Positions 47,601 through 61,318 of a stretch of DNA of 64,000 nucleotides are shown piece by piece. The DNA lies in NCBI GenBank assembly GCA_964187785.1, contig OZ076409.1:64730001-64794000 (forward strand), read 5' to 3'. The notes under the pieces are model-generated. The model had not been told where the DNA came from. It ran no database searches and saw only the letters and a program-made list of their open reading frames with translations. Numbering within the stretch: position 1 is the stretch's first letter; each line of letters opens with the position of its first letter. This DNA is from Amphiscolops sp. MND2022. Lineage: Eukaryota. A program made the position numbers and the translations under genes.

Positions 47601-50600
47601 ATCCACTCTCTTATTGTTATTACTTTGACTCCGAAATCATTAGCGCTGTAATATTGTTTAAGCTCCTTGTGTTTCTTCACCAAAAAGGAGAAACTTTTTC
47701 CATTGTACAAGAAAACATTCCTTGGCTCGGAAACTGTTTGTCAATGCTTCTGTATAGACGAAGAGTTTCTTGGAAAGGCAAGAGGTCTGTTATGATCAAC
47801 AATATTTTGAAAATTAGAGACATTTGAAACAAATTTGGTTCCAGAAATATTTAGGCCTCATCGCTGAAATGTACATTTATTGATTTTGTTTAGTGTAACA
47901 GTTATACCACAGAATTTCTGTCATCAGGTCGGTAATTCTTTTGTAACTTAAGCTGACTGATGTCTTGATTAAACTGATACTTCGTTTGTGATTTTTATTT
48001 GGAGATCTATTTGAAACAAATACTTTTTAGCTTGACTGTTGTTGGTTTCAAATTCGGAAGTTTCAGCTGAATTTCTTTTCAGTTATCGATATCGAAGAAT
48101 TTTCTTACGTCGACGAACAGTTTTGGAAAAGATGATTTGTTGATTTCCATTAGACCTAGGAACGTTTACTTCATGTTGCCAAAAAGCTGAAGACTGCTAA
48201 TGACTGGCGGAATTATTTCTTCATACATACCTTGACAAAATGCTCGACATCAGCAGCAAAAGCCTTAGATTTCCTTCCGAAGTGCAATGATTTTTTGTTC
48301 TGTAATTGGATGAAAATCACGAAAATAAGATCTTCTGGAATTTGTGAATATTGGAATTTTCGAAAACCACTGGTCGTAGAAACAAGAACTGGTTGAACAT
48401 CTAAAGTCGGCGCTATATCTAAGGCTAAAAAAGCGCAGTTTTTAAAATATGCGTAGGACTCCTCCTCCTTAATAAAACGCAATATAGTTCGGATATAACG
48501 TCAGTAGGTCGAATATAGCGGATATTATAATTCGGATATTACGAGGGGAGATTTCAATAAAATCAAAGGGGGACCCTATGGAGACAAAAAAAATCGAAAA
48601 GTCTCTGTAGGTAGGGGGACCCTTTGCACTAAGTTTCCGCTGGCCGGAATTGGCCTCAGTAGTTCTAGTAGTTTCTGTAAAAAGAGGACCTTTCAGTGTG
48701 AGGTCTGTGGTCTCAAGAAAAAAAGGTCACTGTAAGAGTCGGACATTTTTCCTTTAAAGGGAAATGCGCCGACTAAAAACGCTCTTCAAACATTGTAGCA
48801 TCGTCTCGCTGCTCCAGGAAGTGTAGTTGATTTTTTCATTTTGTGAGTTTTGCGCCGTTAATCGAAAGTGTTCGAATCGAAAGTAAAAGAAGAGGACCAA
48901 GCTCGAAAGTGTCAAAGAAAACCTTCGATCACTGACCTTGGTATCAAAATACAAACGCGTGAAGGAAGTTTAATGCAACTCATAATTTTATGATCTTCTT
49001 TGAAAAGAAAGTCATATTGGAAGGAGTGGAAGGGTGAAAACGTAATTCCTATATCAGAGCGACATTTTGAACATGCCCAAATAACATATAAATGATCAGC
49101 AAAATCTGGGTTTTGATGGATTTTTGAGGAAAGGGTGTTGAAACTGATCGAATCCAAATTATGTTTTTTTCCCGGGAAAAATGGTATTTCGGATAAAATA
49201 GGAAGACTTCGATAAATCTAGAAAAGCAGTTTCAACATTTTTGCTGTTAGATCTCGAACCTCTACACAGTAGATGAAGGAGCATCAGACTTTTCAGAGTC
49301 TTCTGTTAATTCGATAGTTCAAGAGTTTCGTATATCACTCTGCTGTTGACTAGATGTCGTTGGTCACATTTTTGAAGATTATGTGATGTGCACCAGCTTG
49401 AAATGACTGGGAAAACGTTTTCGCCCATAAATGTTGTGAATATGTACGGTAATAGCGTAACTAAATTATTGGAGCCATATTCTATTGCCCATGCTGGTAT
49501 GTTGTGGGCCTGAAAGCTCTGGATTCTTTTTTACGAATTTCTTCGCTGCTTTATTTTGAAGTGGCGGAACAGAAAAACCTTGCTTGTTGGCGAACATCGA
49601 ATCGTATACATTTTAATATCACCGATGTCTGAGTTAGGAAAACGTATAGTTCAAGATTCGCAGTTTCTCATGCGATTCTATGTCATCGAAACAGCTTCTC
49701 AGTCTATCAATTATATAATTTAATTTGCTTTAGTTCTATTTCTCACTTGTTTATTGACAGTTTGTTTAAGCCATTTTGATATCGGCAGCAAGTTTTAAAT
49801 TTGACTCTCGCTTGATATTTGGATTTATTTTGTTACGCATAGAAGTTAGACTTTTTGAAAAGAAGCAATTGGTATTAACCCGCGTTTCTTTTCACTGAAT
49901 AGCAGATGAAATTCAATTCAATGGCTGTTTACACTTGCGATAAGCAAGTGTTATGGGAAAGTGCCGTTGTGCTTTTTTTTCAGACTCGCACAACAACATC
50001 TCTCGTTTCAGCCCGCAAGTCGCATAGTTCAGGCGTTCGTGGTCTAGTGGTAAGATGCTTGCCTTTCAACCCAGAGGGTTCGGGTTCGAACCTGTGCGTA
50101 TGTGCCAATTTTTTTTACAAATATTCCGAAGCAGAAGGTTCTCACTTTTTCGGCACTATGAGACTCCACCCTTTTTTCGGCTTTGTGAGACTTTTTTTTC
50201 GAAAATTTATTAGTGTCCCCAAAGGGTCCTCCCTTCATTTTTTTGATATTTTGCAACAGAACGAATGTTAAAAAATTCCAAAGGGTCTTTCTTTCAGATT
50301 TTTCGGCACTATGACACTGTTAAAACTTCTCATTTTTTTCGAAAATTTTTCAAAGTCTCCAAAGGGTCCCCCTTCATTTTTTTGATACTTTGCAACAGAA
50401 CGAATGTTGAAAAATTCCAAAGGGTCCTTTTTTCAGATTTTTCGGCACTATGAGACTGTTTTTTCGTTTTTTTCGAAAATTTTTCGAAAGACTCCAAAGG
50501 GTCCCCTTCATTTTTTTTTTGAAATTTTGCAACAGAATGGATGTTAAAAAAATCTCGAATGGCCCTCCTTTTACAGGTTTCGGTATTGTGAGATTTTTAA

Positions 50601-53600
50601 AAATGAATAATTAGTCGGTGCTTCATGAAGTGAAACGCGACTATTATAGTGGCTTTTCTTTTTTTTCAATCCACACGAACTGACCAAAATAGTTCTTAAA
50701 AGTTCTACAAAATATTATTGCACCAAATTGCACTATTTGGTCTAGCGAACTGAACCAAAAAGGTTTTTCCTGTTTTCCCGCGTAACATACCATACTGGGC
50801 GAGCCCAAAGGGTCCCCCCTTTCAATTTTTTTTGGCACTGCGAGACTTTTTTTGTGGAAAAAAATTTTTCCCCAAAGGGTCCCCCCCCCAAAATTTTCCC
50901 CTTCAATTTTTTTTGCTGTTTTGCGACAGAATGGATGTTGGAAAATCCCAAAGGGTCCCCCCCTTTCAGTTTTTTTCGGCACTGTGAGTTTTTTTCTGAA
51001 AAAAAATTTTTCCCCCTTTAATTTTTCGATGTTTTGCGACAGAATGGATGTTGATTTTTCGATGTTTTGCGACAGAATGGATGTTGAAAAACCCCAAAGG
51101 GTCCTCCCTTTCAGTTTTTCGGCATTGTGAGACTTTTTTCCTAAAATTATTTTCTCTCCAAAGGCCCCCCTTCAATTTCTTTGATATGTTACAACAGATT
51201 GGGTGTTCAAAATCCCAAAGGATACCCCCTTTCAGTTTTTCGTCGAAAATTTGTTTTTTCTCCGAAGGGTCCCCCCTTCAACTGCGACAAAAATGTTGAC
51301 AATTTCGGAAGTGTCCCCCTTTTAGCGCGCCAGGGGCTCGCGCTAGCGGGCCCCGGCGCGCCACTCGGTTCATTTTTTGAGTATGTAATTTTTTCGAAAA
51401 ATTTTTGTTTTTGATTTTCGAGTACTGTAAAAGAGAATACTTGACACTTGGAAGCCTTTTTGCTATTTTTCAGTCTTGGATATGGCGCCGACTTGGGCCG
51501 GTCCCGGCTTGTTTTTGTCTTAAAATTAGGTTTTCTCAGGGCCCAGCACGCTATATCCGATTTTGTTTTTTTTTTGAAGACCGGTGTTTTTTCTATGCGA
51601 CTTTTTTCTAATTTGTTTTCATCGAATCCCCCTCTCAATTTTACTTGAAACGAAACGTTTTGCGAGCATAAAGGACTGCTCAAGGATTTCGGTACTATGC
51701 GACTTACCGGAGACCTTCATCAAAAAAATTTTCGGAAAATTTTGAAAAAAAATTCCTCAATTTTTTGTTTTTTGAAAGGTTTTCGGTTGAGAAAAATGTT
51801 TTTTTTTGCTGTTTCCAGTTGGGGAAGAATGGTTTTTGAGGTTTATGCGTATCCCTTCGGGTATTTTTGGTGCTGTAAACTCGATAAAATTTCAACAATA
51901 ATGTCCTTTTACTCTTGGTTCTCCGTATGATATTGCTTATTTGGTTTTCTTCAAAAGTTCGCAACTTTCTTCGCAAGTGTTTGCGAAGCACGGCTTCGCC
52001 TCTGTGTTCAAATATTTCGCTTAACGTTGGTTAACCGGCACCTTATTGCGCGTATACATTTTCAGAAACATTTTCAGCCGAGTACTCCTCCTTTTAGTAA
52101 AAGTGCAACAGCTTTTCTTGGGAACAAAACTGTTTTCGTCCTTGATACCAACTGACCCAAGAGGTGTTTCAAAGACAATTACTCTCTGATACTTGGCACC
52201 ACTATAGTGATTAATTTGTTTTTCTTGTTAGTACAGTTTGCATTACAGATGTTAAATCATATGATCAGCATAGTTTCAAGAGATTTTTTGATGGAGACCA
52301 AGTCTTCGTTATTGTAACAACCCATTTAAACCATGGTCTCGTTCCGAATCTATCAAATGAGGTTTCAAATTCATCTAGGAAAAGCTAGATTTTGTGGGAA
52401 TTATTTATTACTGTCGTTTAAATTTGGTGGATGCTTTGCTGTCGCATTCTATCCCAAGACTCAAATGTATGTCGAAGTTAACTTCATATTTTTTCGCGTT
52501 TTTTTAAAGCCGCAATCCGACTTGTGTGGCACAATTGAGTCTTTATTCAACGACCATAAGTTTCAGTTGGTGCATCAATTGTGTTAGGAATGGTCTCACG
52601 CATCAGTTTTTTCTTCAACATGAGTGTTTGACAGTTAATGGTCACATATTTGAACGGTCATAGTGATTTCGCTTAGCTTTTGCTTCGACGTAGCTGATGG
52701 GTCTCGAGTTTTCCATCTCACCGCAAAAAAATTGTATTATTTTGTAATAACTGATTGCTTCGCTCTGTCGTTTGTTGACAGGCTCTCTCGTTTGTTGAAT
52801 GCAAGTCTTCTTGGATAAAGTGTCCAAGGTTAAGGTTTTGGTTCTGAATTTGTTAAATAATGTAAGCTTTTATAATGTGGACGGGGATAAGATTGTGTAT
52901 GGTAGTAGGTTGTTGACTAATTTGGTTTTCTTCGAAAGGTTGCCCGCTATTAAATTCAAAAATACAGCAACATTGTATGTATTTATTGTGTTTTTAGACA
53001 GCCTTTTCGTTAGAAAACGGAGATTATAATAGTGGCTTTTTCAAGACCATCAATCTTATTTTTTTTAAGACCGACGAAGTGACAGATTTTATAAATTTTG
53101 TTCAACTTGCAGACAAGTGAACTACGGACCTACAAAACGTACTAGAACCTCGCAACATACCAAGGCTCCCTTTGGTGTTTTCAACTTTTTTGGCACTGTG
53201 AGACTTTTTCTTTCTGAAAATTATTCTGCGCTTTTTTCGTAAGAGCAGACTATAATAGTGGCTAATTTTTTCAAGTTCCAGTGCGACTCGTCCAAGGCCT
53301 CCCGAACTCAAAAAAAATTGAAAAGCAATGCCTTTCAGGTTGTTTTTTATCTAGTTACACGCTTTTCTTGACTCATGCTGAATATACTTGTTTGTTTCTC
53401 ATAACATCTAACACGTACATAAATTCGGATAAAACGTTTTCAAAGTTCGGATGTAACATTTTCATTTCTCGTATAACGTTATCGATTTTTTATCAAAATT
53501 TCACATAATTTCCGTCCAATGTAAAGCTTCAGGGCCATGTTTTCAGTACTATAAGACACTTTGGATTTTCAAAAAGTCTTTATTCAACAGGTGATACTAC

Positions 53601-55273
53601 GTAACAAGTAACCACGTACGTAGCACGTAACAAGTAACCACGTTCCCCGGGTACACTTTTTGCCTCGAGCGCGGCGCTGACTTCGGCTGTTCCCGACTTG
53701 TTAATAATTTCTTTAACTTGCTACCGCCTAGTGGCTAGGGCGGGTGTGTCTACATGGTGACACAGGCTGTAGAACAGAAATCGTGGGTTCGAATCCCGCG
53801 CTACTTGGAAACGTTATGAACATTTATAAAGTTGATCTAGGTAAAACGGTTCCCCTTTGTTTTTTTCAGCACTGTGCGACATTTCTCGAAAACTCACTAT
53901 AAATCCCCTTTTGAATTTTTGATATTCTGGCCTGTAAAAGCCTTTTGTTACCTTGAGAGCTCGCCCTATCTGGGGTTTTCTCCCTCGTCGGAGAAAATTC
54001 TTAACTGTGTTCTTTGTTGATTTTCAGTGAGGTAAAAAAACTTTTCAATGCTCAAATTTGCCCCTTCGGGTATTTTTGGTGCTGCGAGATTGTTGTTTTT
54101 GAAAAATTTTCCTTGAATTTTTTAAAAAAGCTATGCTCTTTTCGAGTCATAAGCGGGGCTCCGACTTGGTCCGTTCCCGGCTTGTTTTTCATTGCGACAA
54201 GATTCTCAAAAATAGTATTGCATCTTAAAAACACCATTACATTCGATGTTTTAGTCAAATGTACATTTAAAGAATTTGCTGCTAGCGATATCAAATGTCT
54301 TTTCGGTAACCTACTGTACGTGATAAGACCCACTGTTGATTCTGAATTCTTTTCAATCTGTAAGCAGTTACTTTCGTAGAACTTGTTTTGAAAACTCGCA
54401 AAAGCACGAAATAAATGTTGCAAAAGAACAATTCATTGAGGGAATCGAGTCATAAAATATGCATTTATTTTCGATCAATTGCTCGGTTTCACTGACTGAG
54501 ATCTCATTCAATCACATTGCTGTTGTTTGATGCCCTTAAACTTGCAGCCGCCCGAAGCTATTGAGTGTAATTTTTGTTTGTTGCAGGAGTGACCGCTATA
54601 ATCTTTTGCGTGGCCCTGAGTGGCTACGATTGTTTGCTGGCCGAGGACGAGGAGACGAACAGGTTACAGGAATCGATGCGACTCTTCGACTCTATATGCA
54701 ATAACAAGTGGTTCATCGAGACCAGCATCATCTTATTCCTCAATAAAAAAGGTCAGTGTGAAGACATAGTTGGTGGCGTCGTTTTCGAATGATTGACGTG
54801 GTTAAACACCGTGCTTCTTTCACCGGGTAGAAGCTAGATGAAGACTAGCCGTTTTTGTCTTGACATCTCTTTTTGAAATTTAAGTGCTGAAGCTATTCAA
54901 AAGTAGGCCCATTGAGAAATCATCCAATGTGTTTGGGAATAGTTTAGTATGAGCTGCAGTGACTATATTGGCATGTTGCAATGGATGGATGGATTTTCAC
55001 GTGTTCTGTGTTTGTCTTTCAGACTTGTTCGAAGAGAAGATCACGAAGAGTCCCCTAACTCACTGTTTCCCAGAGTACACAGGTCCCAACACCTTCATGG
55101 ACGCTGGCCAGTATATCCAAATGAAGTTCGAGAACCTCAACAGACGCAAGTTGACCAAGGAGGTTTACAGTCATTTTACATGCGCCACAGACACCTCTAA
55201 CATCCAGTTCGTGTTCGACGCGTGCACAGATGTCATCATAAAGACTAATTTGAAAGATTGTGGCCTCTTTTAG
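44414..55273 (+). CDS. GNAI: Heterotrimeric G protein alpha subunit, Gi class; six coding exons: 44414(or 44460)-44614, 44796-44913, 45387-45505, 47026-47272, 54587-54751, 55023-55273
   Basis: [25 protein letters not shown] and TCAT motifs and a C-terminal KDCGLF. All five introns are GT-AG with compatible phases. Confidence 0.93.
44796..44913 (+). CDS. GNAI: G-alpha-i exon 2
   Basis: ttt[46 protein letters not shown]. Confidence 0.92.
44988..45150. other. Structured cassette B in G-alpha-i intron 2 (also at 32008-32127)
   Basis: Matches 32008-32127. Shares the leader (GATTTTGTCGAA...ATAACGTAGTCAGC) and CTAGTGCCC with cassette A. Contains two GCGAAGC motifs. Confidence 0.65.
45387..45505 (+). 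CDS. GNAI: G-alpha-i exon 3
   Basis: tttc[18 protein letters not shown]...RLWEDP|GTTAGT. Confidence 0.9.
45901..46553 (+). mobile_element. HINE1 element in G-alpha-i intron 3
   Basis: AGTCGGCGCATTTT...AAAATGTGCCCGACT 5' hairpin, internal repeats, and 3' GCGCCGACTTTGGCCGTTCTCGGCTTGTT. Confidence 0.85.
47026..47272 (+). CDS. GNAI: G-alpha-i exon 4
   Basis: ttct[20 protein letters not shown]...RVKTTGIVE...[22 protein letters not shown]. Confidence 0.95.
48381..48779 (-). mobile_element. HINE1 element in minus orientation
   Basis: Reverse-complement termini AACAAG...AAAGTCGGCGCTATATC and GCGCCGACTAAAAA; resembles 62932-63538. Confidence 0.75.
50032..50107 (+). pseudogene. tRNA-derived (Glu-TTC-like) sequence within HINE2
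   Basis: TGGTCTAGTGGTAAGAT...CTTTCAA...GGGTTCGAACC; anticodon stem mismatched. Confidence 0.6.
50611..51513 (+). mobile_element. HINE1 nested in HINE2
   Basis: Inserted in a T-run. The uninterrupted site GAATAATTTTCGTGTTAAAATTAGG is visible in the 37183 copy. Confidence 0.85.
52990..54185 (+). mobile_element. Two adjacent diverged HINE-type elements (ends at ~53702 and ~54185); the second has a tRNA-like head at 53726-53800
   Basis: 3' ends GCGCTGACTTCGGCTGTTCCCGACTTGTT and CCGACTTGGTCCGTTCCCGGCTTGTT. A/B boxes GCCTAGTGG and GGTTCGAATCCC. Confidence 0.55.
54587..54751 (+). CDS. GNAI: G-alpha-i exon 5
   Basis: ttgc[17 protein letters not shown]...[15 protein letters not shown]. Confidence 0.95.
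55023..55273 (+). CDS. GNAI: G-alpha-i exon 6 (terminal)
   Basis: tttcAG|DLFEEKI...HFTCATDT...NLKDCGLF*. Confidence 0.95.
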
Positions 55274-58200
55274 CTTTTATTCTTGTTTCTCTCTTCTCTC
55301 CTTCTTTTCTCTCCTCCTCATCTTTCTTCTTCAGATTGTTTCTCTTCTCGTCTATTTTAATTCTTACTATTAATATTAAAAATTGAAATGATATCGCTAT
55401 TACCACCATTTCTCTGTCAAATAATGAATTTTGATTCCCTCTCAATTCTGCTCAATTATCAACTCAGTCGGATAGTTGTCGCCGACTCATGTAGTGACCG
55501 CTCGCCATCCTTGTCTATGTTCCTATCTGCCGTTTCACTGGGTAGTTTCATCCCACAACCTTAAATTACCTGTATAAAGTTGACATCATTTTTAGTTGAC
55601 CTCACCATGTGCTATGACAAGAGGTCACCTGAGTGCAATAAACCTTAGTAAATGACTTTGAGACCTTTGACCTTAAAACCATGACATAATTTTAACAGCA
55701 ATTCAGCATCATGTGCAATCCATTCGCATCTTTCCTTTTTCATCTGCGTCCCCTCATTTCTAAGTTCTGCTGCAATAATTGTGTTTTGGATGGAAAGATC
55801 TGATATCACCAACACTCAAAGTCCCTCCCTTCCCATACAGTTTTAACAATATCCCAAATGAGCTTGATTTGAAGCGGTTCTACTCTTCTGTAGATATATC
55901 CCGGGACGTGCGAAATGTTTTTGTAGTGTTTGTTGGGAGCAACTCAGGGGCAATCAAAACAGTTGGCTAGATCTTGCTACTGTATGAACGAAGACTACCA
56001 AAACAGATCGTGAAAACAGCTGTGCTTGTCTTGAAAACAATTCCTGTCAGGCGAGACTGCTTGTTGTATTCTACTCCAGCCTTCTGTTTGGAAAATTATC
56101 AAAATTTTCAAATGAGTAATTTAATGAATCCAAAGTTCTGGTCGGCGTCATTAGTTTGAAAAGTCGCAATTTTCTCAAGCATTGAGCATTAGTGTGTTGA
56201 TGAGTTATACTACAATAAATCAATTACGGACTAGACCATTTTTACGGTGTCCGCACATTTTGCCTAATAGAAGACCGAGTCATGCAACATTTTCTTTATA
56301 ATAATGGGCGTGACGTCCGCTTTGGGCGTTATGTCCTAGAACCAATCATTACATTTATGTCTAATTGCGCAATTTTAAAAACTATCTGTTGCATTTGGGG
56401 TTGCAATGGAATATTGGAAGTAACTGTTTTTGTGCCTCTGAAAATTGCGATATCCTTGTTTCTAGCCACATTGAAGAATTGATGCAGAATAAGAATTACA
56501 GCGAACTTTTTGCTTTATTTATACTTGAATTTTTGACATTTACCAGATGAAAATGATTCATTACCGAGCCTGGTGTGAAATGTATTTGTTTTGAGTTTCT
56601 CCAGTTGCTTTGCTTCGGAGTTGCATTAACAATTTCATAGACCAGCCCTCATAGTTTTGATTTTCTGAGAAATGTATAAAAATTTTCTCAGCTTCGTGTT
56701 ATCTGAGAACAGGAGATGCCAAATCTCAATAATACGGTCAATTTTTCTCCGAAATACGTCATTTTGATATATCATGTTCATGCCAGGCCTTCCTAGTCGA
56801 TTTTGCAGATATCTTTTGGAAATTGCCGTGACAACAATTGTACGTTGTAGTATATTTTAAAAAGTTGCTAATTTTGATGCAAATATTAAGTGCAATCGAT
56901 ATCAATACAAATGAAATTAGTTTTTAAATTATTATATTTGAAATTATGTTATACAAAATCTGATGACTATATAACCATGTAAAACTTGCTTTTGGTGTAT
57001 TCTTACTATATTAGGTAAAGACTGAATTGCCCAATTAAAAACTATAAAAATGAACCAAAAGTAAGTTTTGCTGGTTTTGCTTGTCAACAATTAAAAGTTA
57101 TTCATTTAATATTTTGTCCCCCTTTTGAATAGAATTTGAATGCAAGACATGTAAATGGAGAGTTAGTTTTTCTTATTTTGATTTTAAATTCCGAAATTAT
57201 TACAATGTTGCAATTTGTGTCAAAGTTTTATTCCACTTTTGCTGTTCCGTGTTTTGAATAGATCATTTATCTTTTCCACAGCTGCTTCGAAGGCGTGAGT
57301 AATGAAAACCTCAAGACAAAATATGGTTATCAAAAAATCCTGACTCCGAATGCCCAATCAAAGCGAACTTTCTCGATGAATGAAGCGCAAAACGACTCAA
57401 TGAAACCAACAGAGCAAAAAAGATACATGTAACTAAACGGTGATGGTAAGACTCGTTCAATCATTACCTTCAAGCGTTGCCGAGGTCTTTAAACATGACA
57501 AAGTGAGTGCTAAAATGTTTTGGGATTTATTGGAGTATTCGTAAATCCCAACAAACATTCTAGCGCAAATGGCCCAAATATTCATTGTGCTTTATATGAT
57601 TAGCTGCAACTGTACTCTTAGCAGTTCGAAGTGTAAAGGGACCTTTTTATGGAATAGTTTCAGGTGAAAAGTCGCAGTGCAGAAAGACTCCCTGATGGGA
57701 GCTCCTTGCTACTGTCTATTTGTAATATGGTCCCAAAAATTGTATGAAAAACCTTGAAAATTGGAAAATATTTATGTATATTCGGGTTATTTTGAGAAAA
57801 CGCTAGATATTCTAACCCATGAAAATGTTCAAAAACAACCAAAATTGTATGAAAATGTTGAAGAGTGGAGGAAATATGAAATGGAGACCCTGCTCTGGAA
57901 GCTAGCAAAAAACACAGTATGAACAAGGCAGTCAAATGAAAGGGCAAAACCAAGCAAGCCGTCAAAAGGAAACTCAGTTACCAAGAGAAAACAAGCAAGC
58001 TTCGCGTATCAAAAAGGACCTAGAAACTAAACTCCGGAACTCCGAACACAGAATTTTCCGTAGAAAGAAGCCAAAATGTCACATGTTACGGTAATGTGAT
58101 TGTGAGAACACGTAAAATGCTGTCATTTTCCGAAATAGGAAGTATGATTGAAATGGAAAGACTAACGTTGTGTATGCCTACGATGTCTGAACGACTGAAA

Positions 58201-58648
58201 ATTTGATTTGGAACATTGGACCTGCTGATGAGAACCACAACCGGTGCCACATAAATGCGCGAAAATACGAGAACACAGCCCTTTTTTGGAACACTGGCTC
58301 GGGATTTATTTTTGAAAAAGTTTTCAGGCCTCGGATGCGATGCTTTTTCCGAATTGAAAACCACAATTCAATGTTGACATTTTGGTGAGAACGAAAAAAT
58401 CTTTACAAAATGTCACTTTTCCAGGAAAAAACTCCAGAAGGAGACCTAGATGAATTTGAGACTTGCAATTGGGCGGCATAAAACCACAAACGAAATTGAA
58501 CAAACTGAAAAATTGGCTATGATAGTAACAGTTGGGGAAAACAATTGGTCACTGTAATCGCCTCCCAAGTTCTTTTTGCCAAAAAGCGCTGACTAAAGAG
58601 AACAGGAGATCAAACAGAGCCAGTTTGTGGACCCGGAAGGTACAATCT

Positions 58649-60861
58649 TAGACCGTGCTCCTCCACACGGACCGAATTTATCTCGAATATTTTAGCCGGG
58701 CCTGTATTTTTAGTCGGCGCTTCATGAAGTGAAACGCGACTATTATAGTGACTATTTTTCAATCCACACGAACTGACCAAAATAGTTCTTGAAAGTTCTA
58801 CAAAATTTTATGGTCCCAAATTGAATCATTTGGCCTAGTGAACCGAACCCAAAAGGTTTTTCCTTTTTCCGCGTAACACCATACCGGGAGAGACTAAAGG
58901 GTACCCCCTTTCAGTTTTTTTTCCGGCATTGTGAGACTTTTTTCGAAAGAAAATTTTTCCCCAAAGGGTCCCCTGTTCAATTTTTTGATGTTTTGCGACA
59001 GAATGGATGTTGAAAAAATCCCAAAGGATCATCCCCCTTTTAGTTTTTTCGGCACTGCGAGACTTTTTTCCGGAATTTTTCCCCCAAAGGGTCCCCCCTT
59101 CAACTTTTTTTTGTTTTGCGACAGAATGGATGTTGAAAAACCCCAAACGGTCCCCCCTTTCAGTTTTTCGGCATTGAGACTTTTTTTCTAAAATTTTTTC
59201 TCTCAAAAGGGCCCCCTTCAACTGCGACAAAAATGTTGACAATTTCGGAAGTGTCTCCCTTTTAGCGCGCCAGGGGCTCGCGCTAGCGGGCCCCGGCGCG
59301 CCACTCGGTCCATTTTTTTGGGTTTTTGGATTTTCGAGTTCTGTAAATTGACACTTGGAAGTCCTTTTGCTATTTTTGAGCCTTGGATATGGCGCCTACT
59401 TGGGCCCGGCGTGTTAAATTCACCAACAGGCCGCAACGGGCCTGAATTTTAAAACATTCGACCATTTTTTTTCAGTGACCACTGTAGAGTTGTAGTAATC
59501 TAAAAGTAATGACCAATACGCCGCTGAGTTGCTTCAACGACAAATTCGAGCAGACAAGAAGCATGAAGCTTTCATATTTATTGAGGAGGAAAGTGTGGGA
59601 GCAGGAAAACATCACAAGTCTGATGTTTGGAAGACGTTCAAGTTTGTCAAAGTTGTTTCAACTGGGTTTGTTATTCCTAATATTTGTTGCTGTCAAAAGT
59701 GTGAAAGTGCGCTATCGTGCCATTTGAAGAGTGGGACCTGGCATTTAAAGCGCCACATAGACACGTGCATTCCGAAGAAGTCTGTCTCTTGTGTGTGAGA
59801 CTTACCTGTGATATGTGGAATGATGATTATCGGAAAGTGGCATACATTGACTACAATGCATTTTGGTTAACAAATGAGTTTGAAATGAAAAGTCTTTGCT
59901 CGCTTTATAAAACATTAACATTAAGGAGTTGGATCACACAACGCAGTGAAAGTATCCAAATCAGTTCAGCCAATTTTTGACCAGTTCAGTCTTTCACGCG
60001 ATCCGATTGCTGTAACGACGGATAGAGGATCCAATATTTTTTGTGCATTGCAATTTAAGCGCCTTGACTTGGATGTAGCTAAAATTCATTTTTTGAAGAA
60101 ATCTATTCTGAAAGCTCCGCATGACAAGTTTTATGGTTCAATAGAGGCAAATCATTGGATTGGAACTTTTTTGGACCCATCATTCCGTTCATTTCCATTC
60201 ATACCAAAGTCGTCCACGAGGACATAGACTTCAAAGAACGAATCTTGGTTGACGTCGACAGATGGGTAATTGTGCAGGTATGTCAGCTGAAGCGTAGTAA
60301 TCACGAGGAACCACCAGCTTCCAGACGTCGGGTGGACACAAACGTTGCTCAACGCGATGACTTTTCGTATTTGCGGGAGGAAGTTGTTGACCGTCCGCAA
60401 ATTGTTGCATCTGTCGATGTTTTATACGACGAGAATATGTTGCTCAGTTCTACGTTGCAGGAACTCGAAGAATACAAGACAATGTCATTAACAACTGGGG
60501 ATTTCGACTCTCAAGTTTTGGGGAAAGAATGTCGATCGGTTTCCGCTGCTTTCGCGTGTGGGGGCGAAAAGTACTGGGGACACCGGCAAGCTCTGATCAA
60601 TCCGAGGGTTTGTATTCTGACCGTGGGTTAGAGGTTTCTGAGAGGTGGGTGAGACTTTCCCCTTCAATGGTTGAAAACATTGAAAAGATCTGTACGACTT
60701 ATAAAAACGGCTTGTGTAAATAATTGAATTTCAAAGTCAATGTTTTGAAAAATTCTTTTCAAGACTACGGGCCGCAAGGGACCGCCGAACCAACGGTTTT
60801 TTTTCGGGCCGCCAACAGGCCTTAAATTAGGTATGTCGGGCCGAGCCCCTTGCCAAGTCTA
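58649..60861 (+). mobile_element. Decayed hAT transposon; left end interrupted by HINE1
   Basis: BED finger (KSDVWKTF, CQKC, HLKRH), catalytic remnants (CDMW, VTTDRGSN, FLDP) and dimerisation motif (TPASSDQSE). CGGGCC subterminal repeats; ends TAGAC / GCCAAGTCTA. No TSD found. Confidence 0.75.
58707..59415 (+). mobile_element. HINE1 element
   Basis: Closely matches 50611-51513; AGTCGGCGC ... GGCGCCTACT termini. Confidence 0.82.
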
Positions 60862-61318
60862 CTCGAAAGCGCACAGTTGAAGATAAAATCCGGACCTTTC
60901 CACAAGCCTCACACCTGATGATTTTTCACCGGTCATTATCAGAGTTTTGAACAATGAAACAAATAGTTATCGTTATGGGCAAGAGAAACTATAAGGTTAA
61001 CAGAAGACATTGCAGCAGAAATAAAGCTTTGGTTGGTTGGCTGGGCCTGAAAAAAAAAGACATCAATTACCTAGAACAAATAAGTCTGACCAATTACACG
61101 AGTCAATTAAAAGACAGTCACTTTATCAAAGGGAAGACAACTACAAAAAAACAATCATTCATAGTAGGATGCCTCCTCTTCAGCTGCGCAGCATTCTACC
61201 TACTGTTTAAATTACAGTACCATACAATAGGCCTCTTGTACAAATGACATGTCTTTTAACCGTAAATGGACCATTGTATGATTTCGTACCAGTTAGTTTT
61301 TACAAACTTCTAAGCTTC

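Larger units (their letters stand above)
49929..52008 (+). mobile_element. HINE2 element with a nested HINE1
   Basis: Same termini and body as 37183-38313, interrupted at 50611-51513. Confidence 0.82.

Noticed and set aside
50032..50107. Functional tRNA-Glu gene
   Set aside because: Acceptor and anticodon stems are mismatched and it lies within a repeated element; treated as tRNA-derived.
50780..51300. Regularly spaced CCAAAGGGTCCCC repeats resembling a CRISPR array
   Set aside because: The spacers are themselves repeated, no cas genes are present, and the context is eukaryotic; these are HINE internal repeats.
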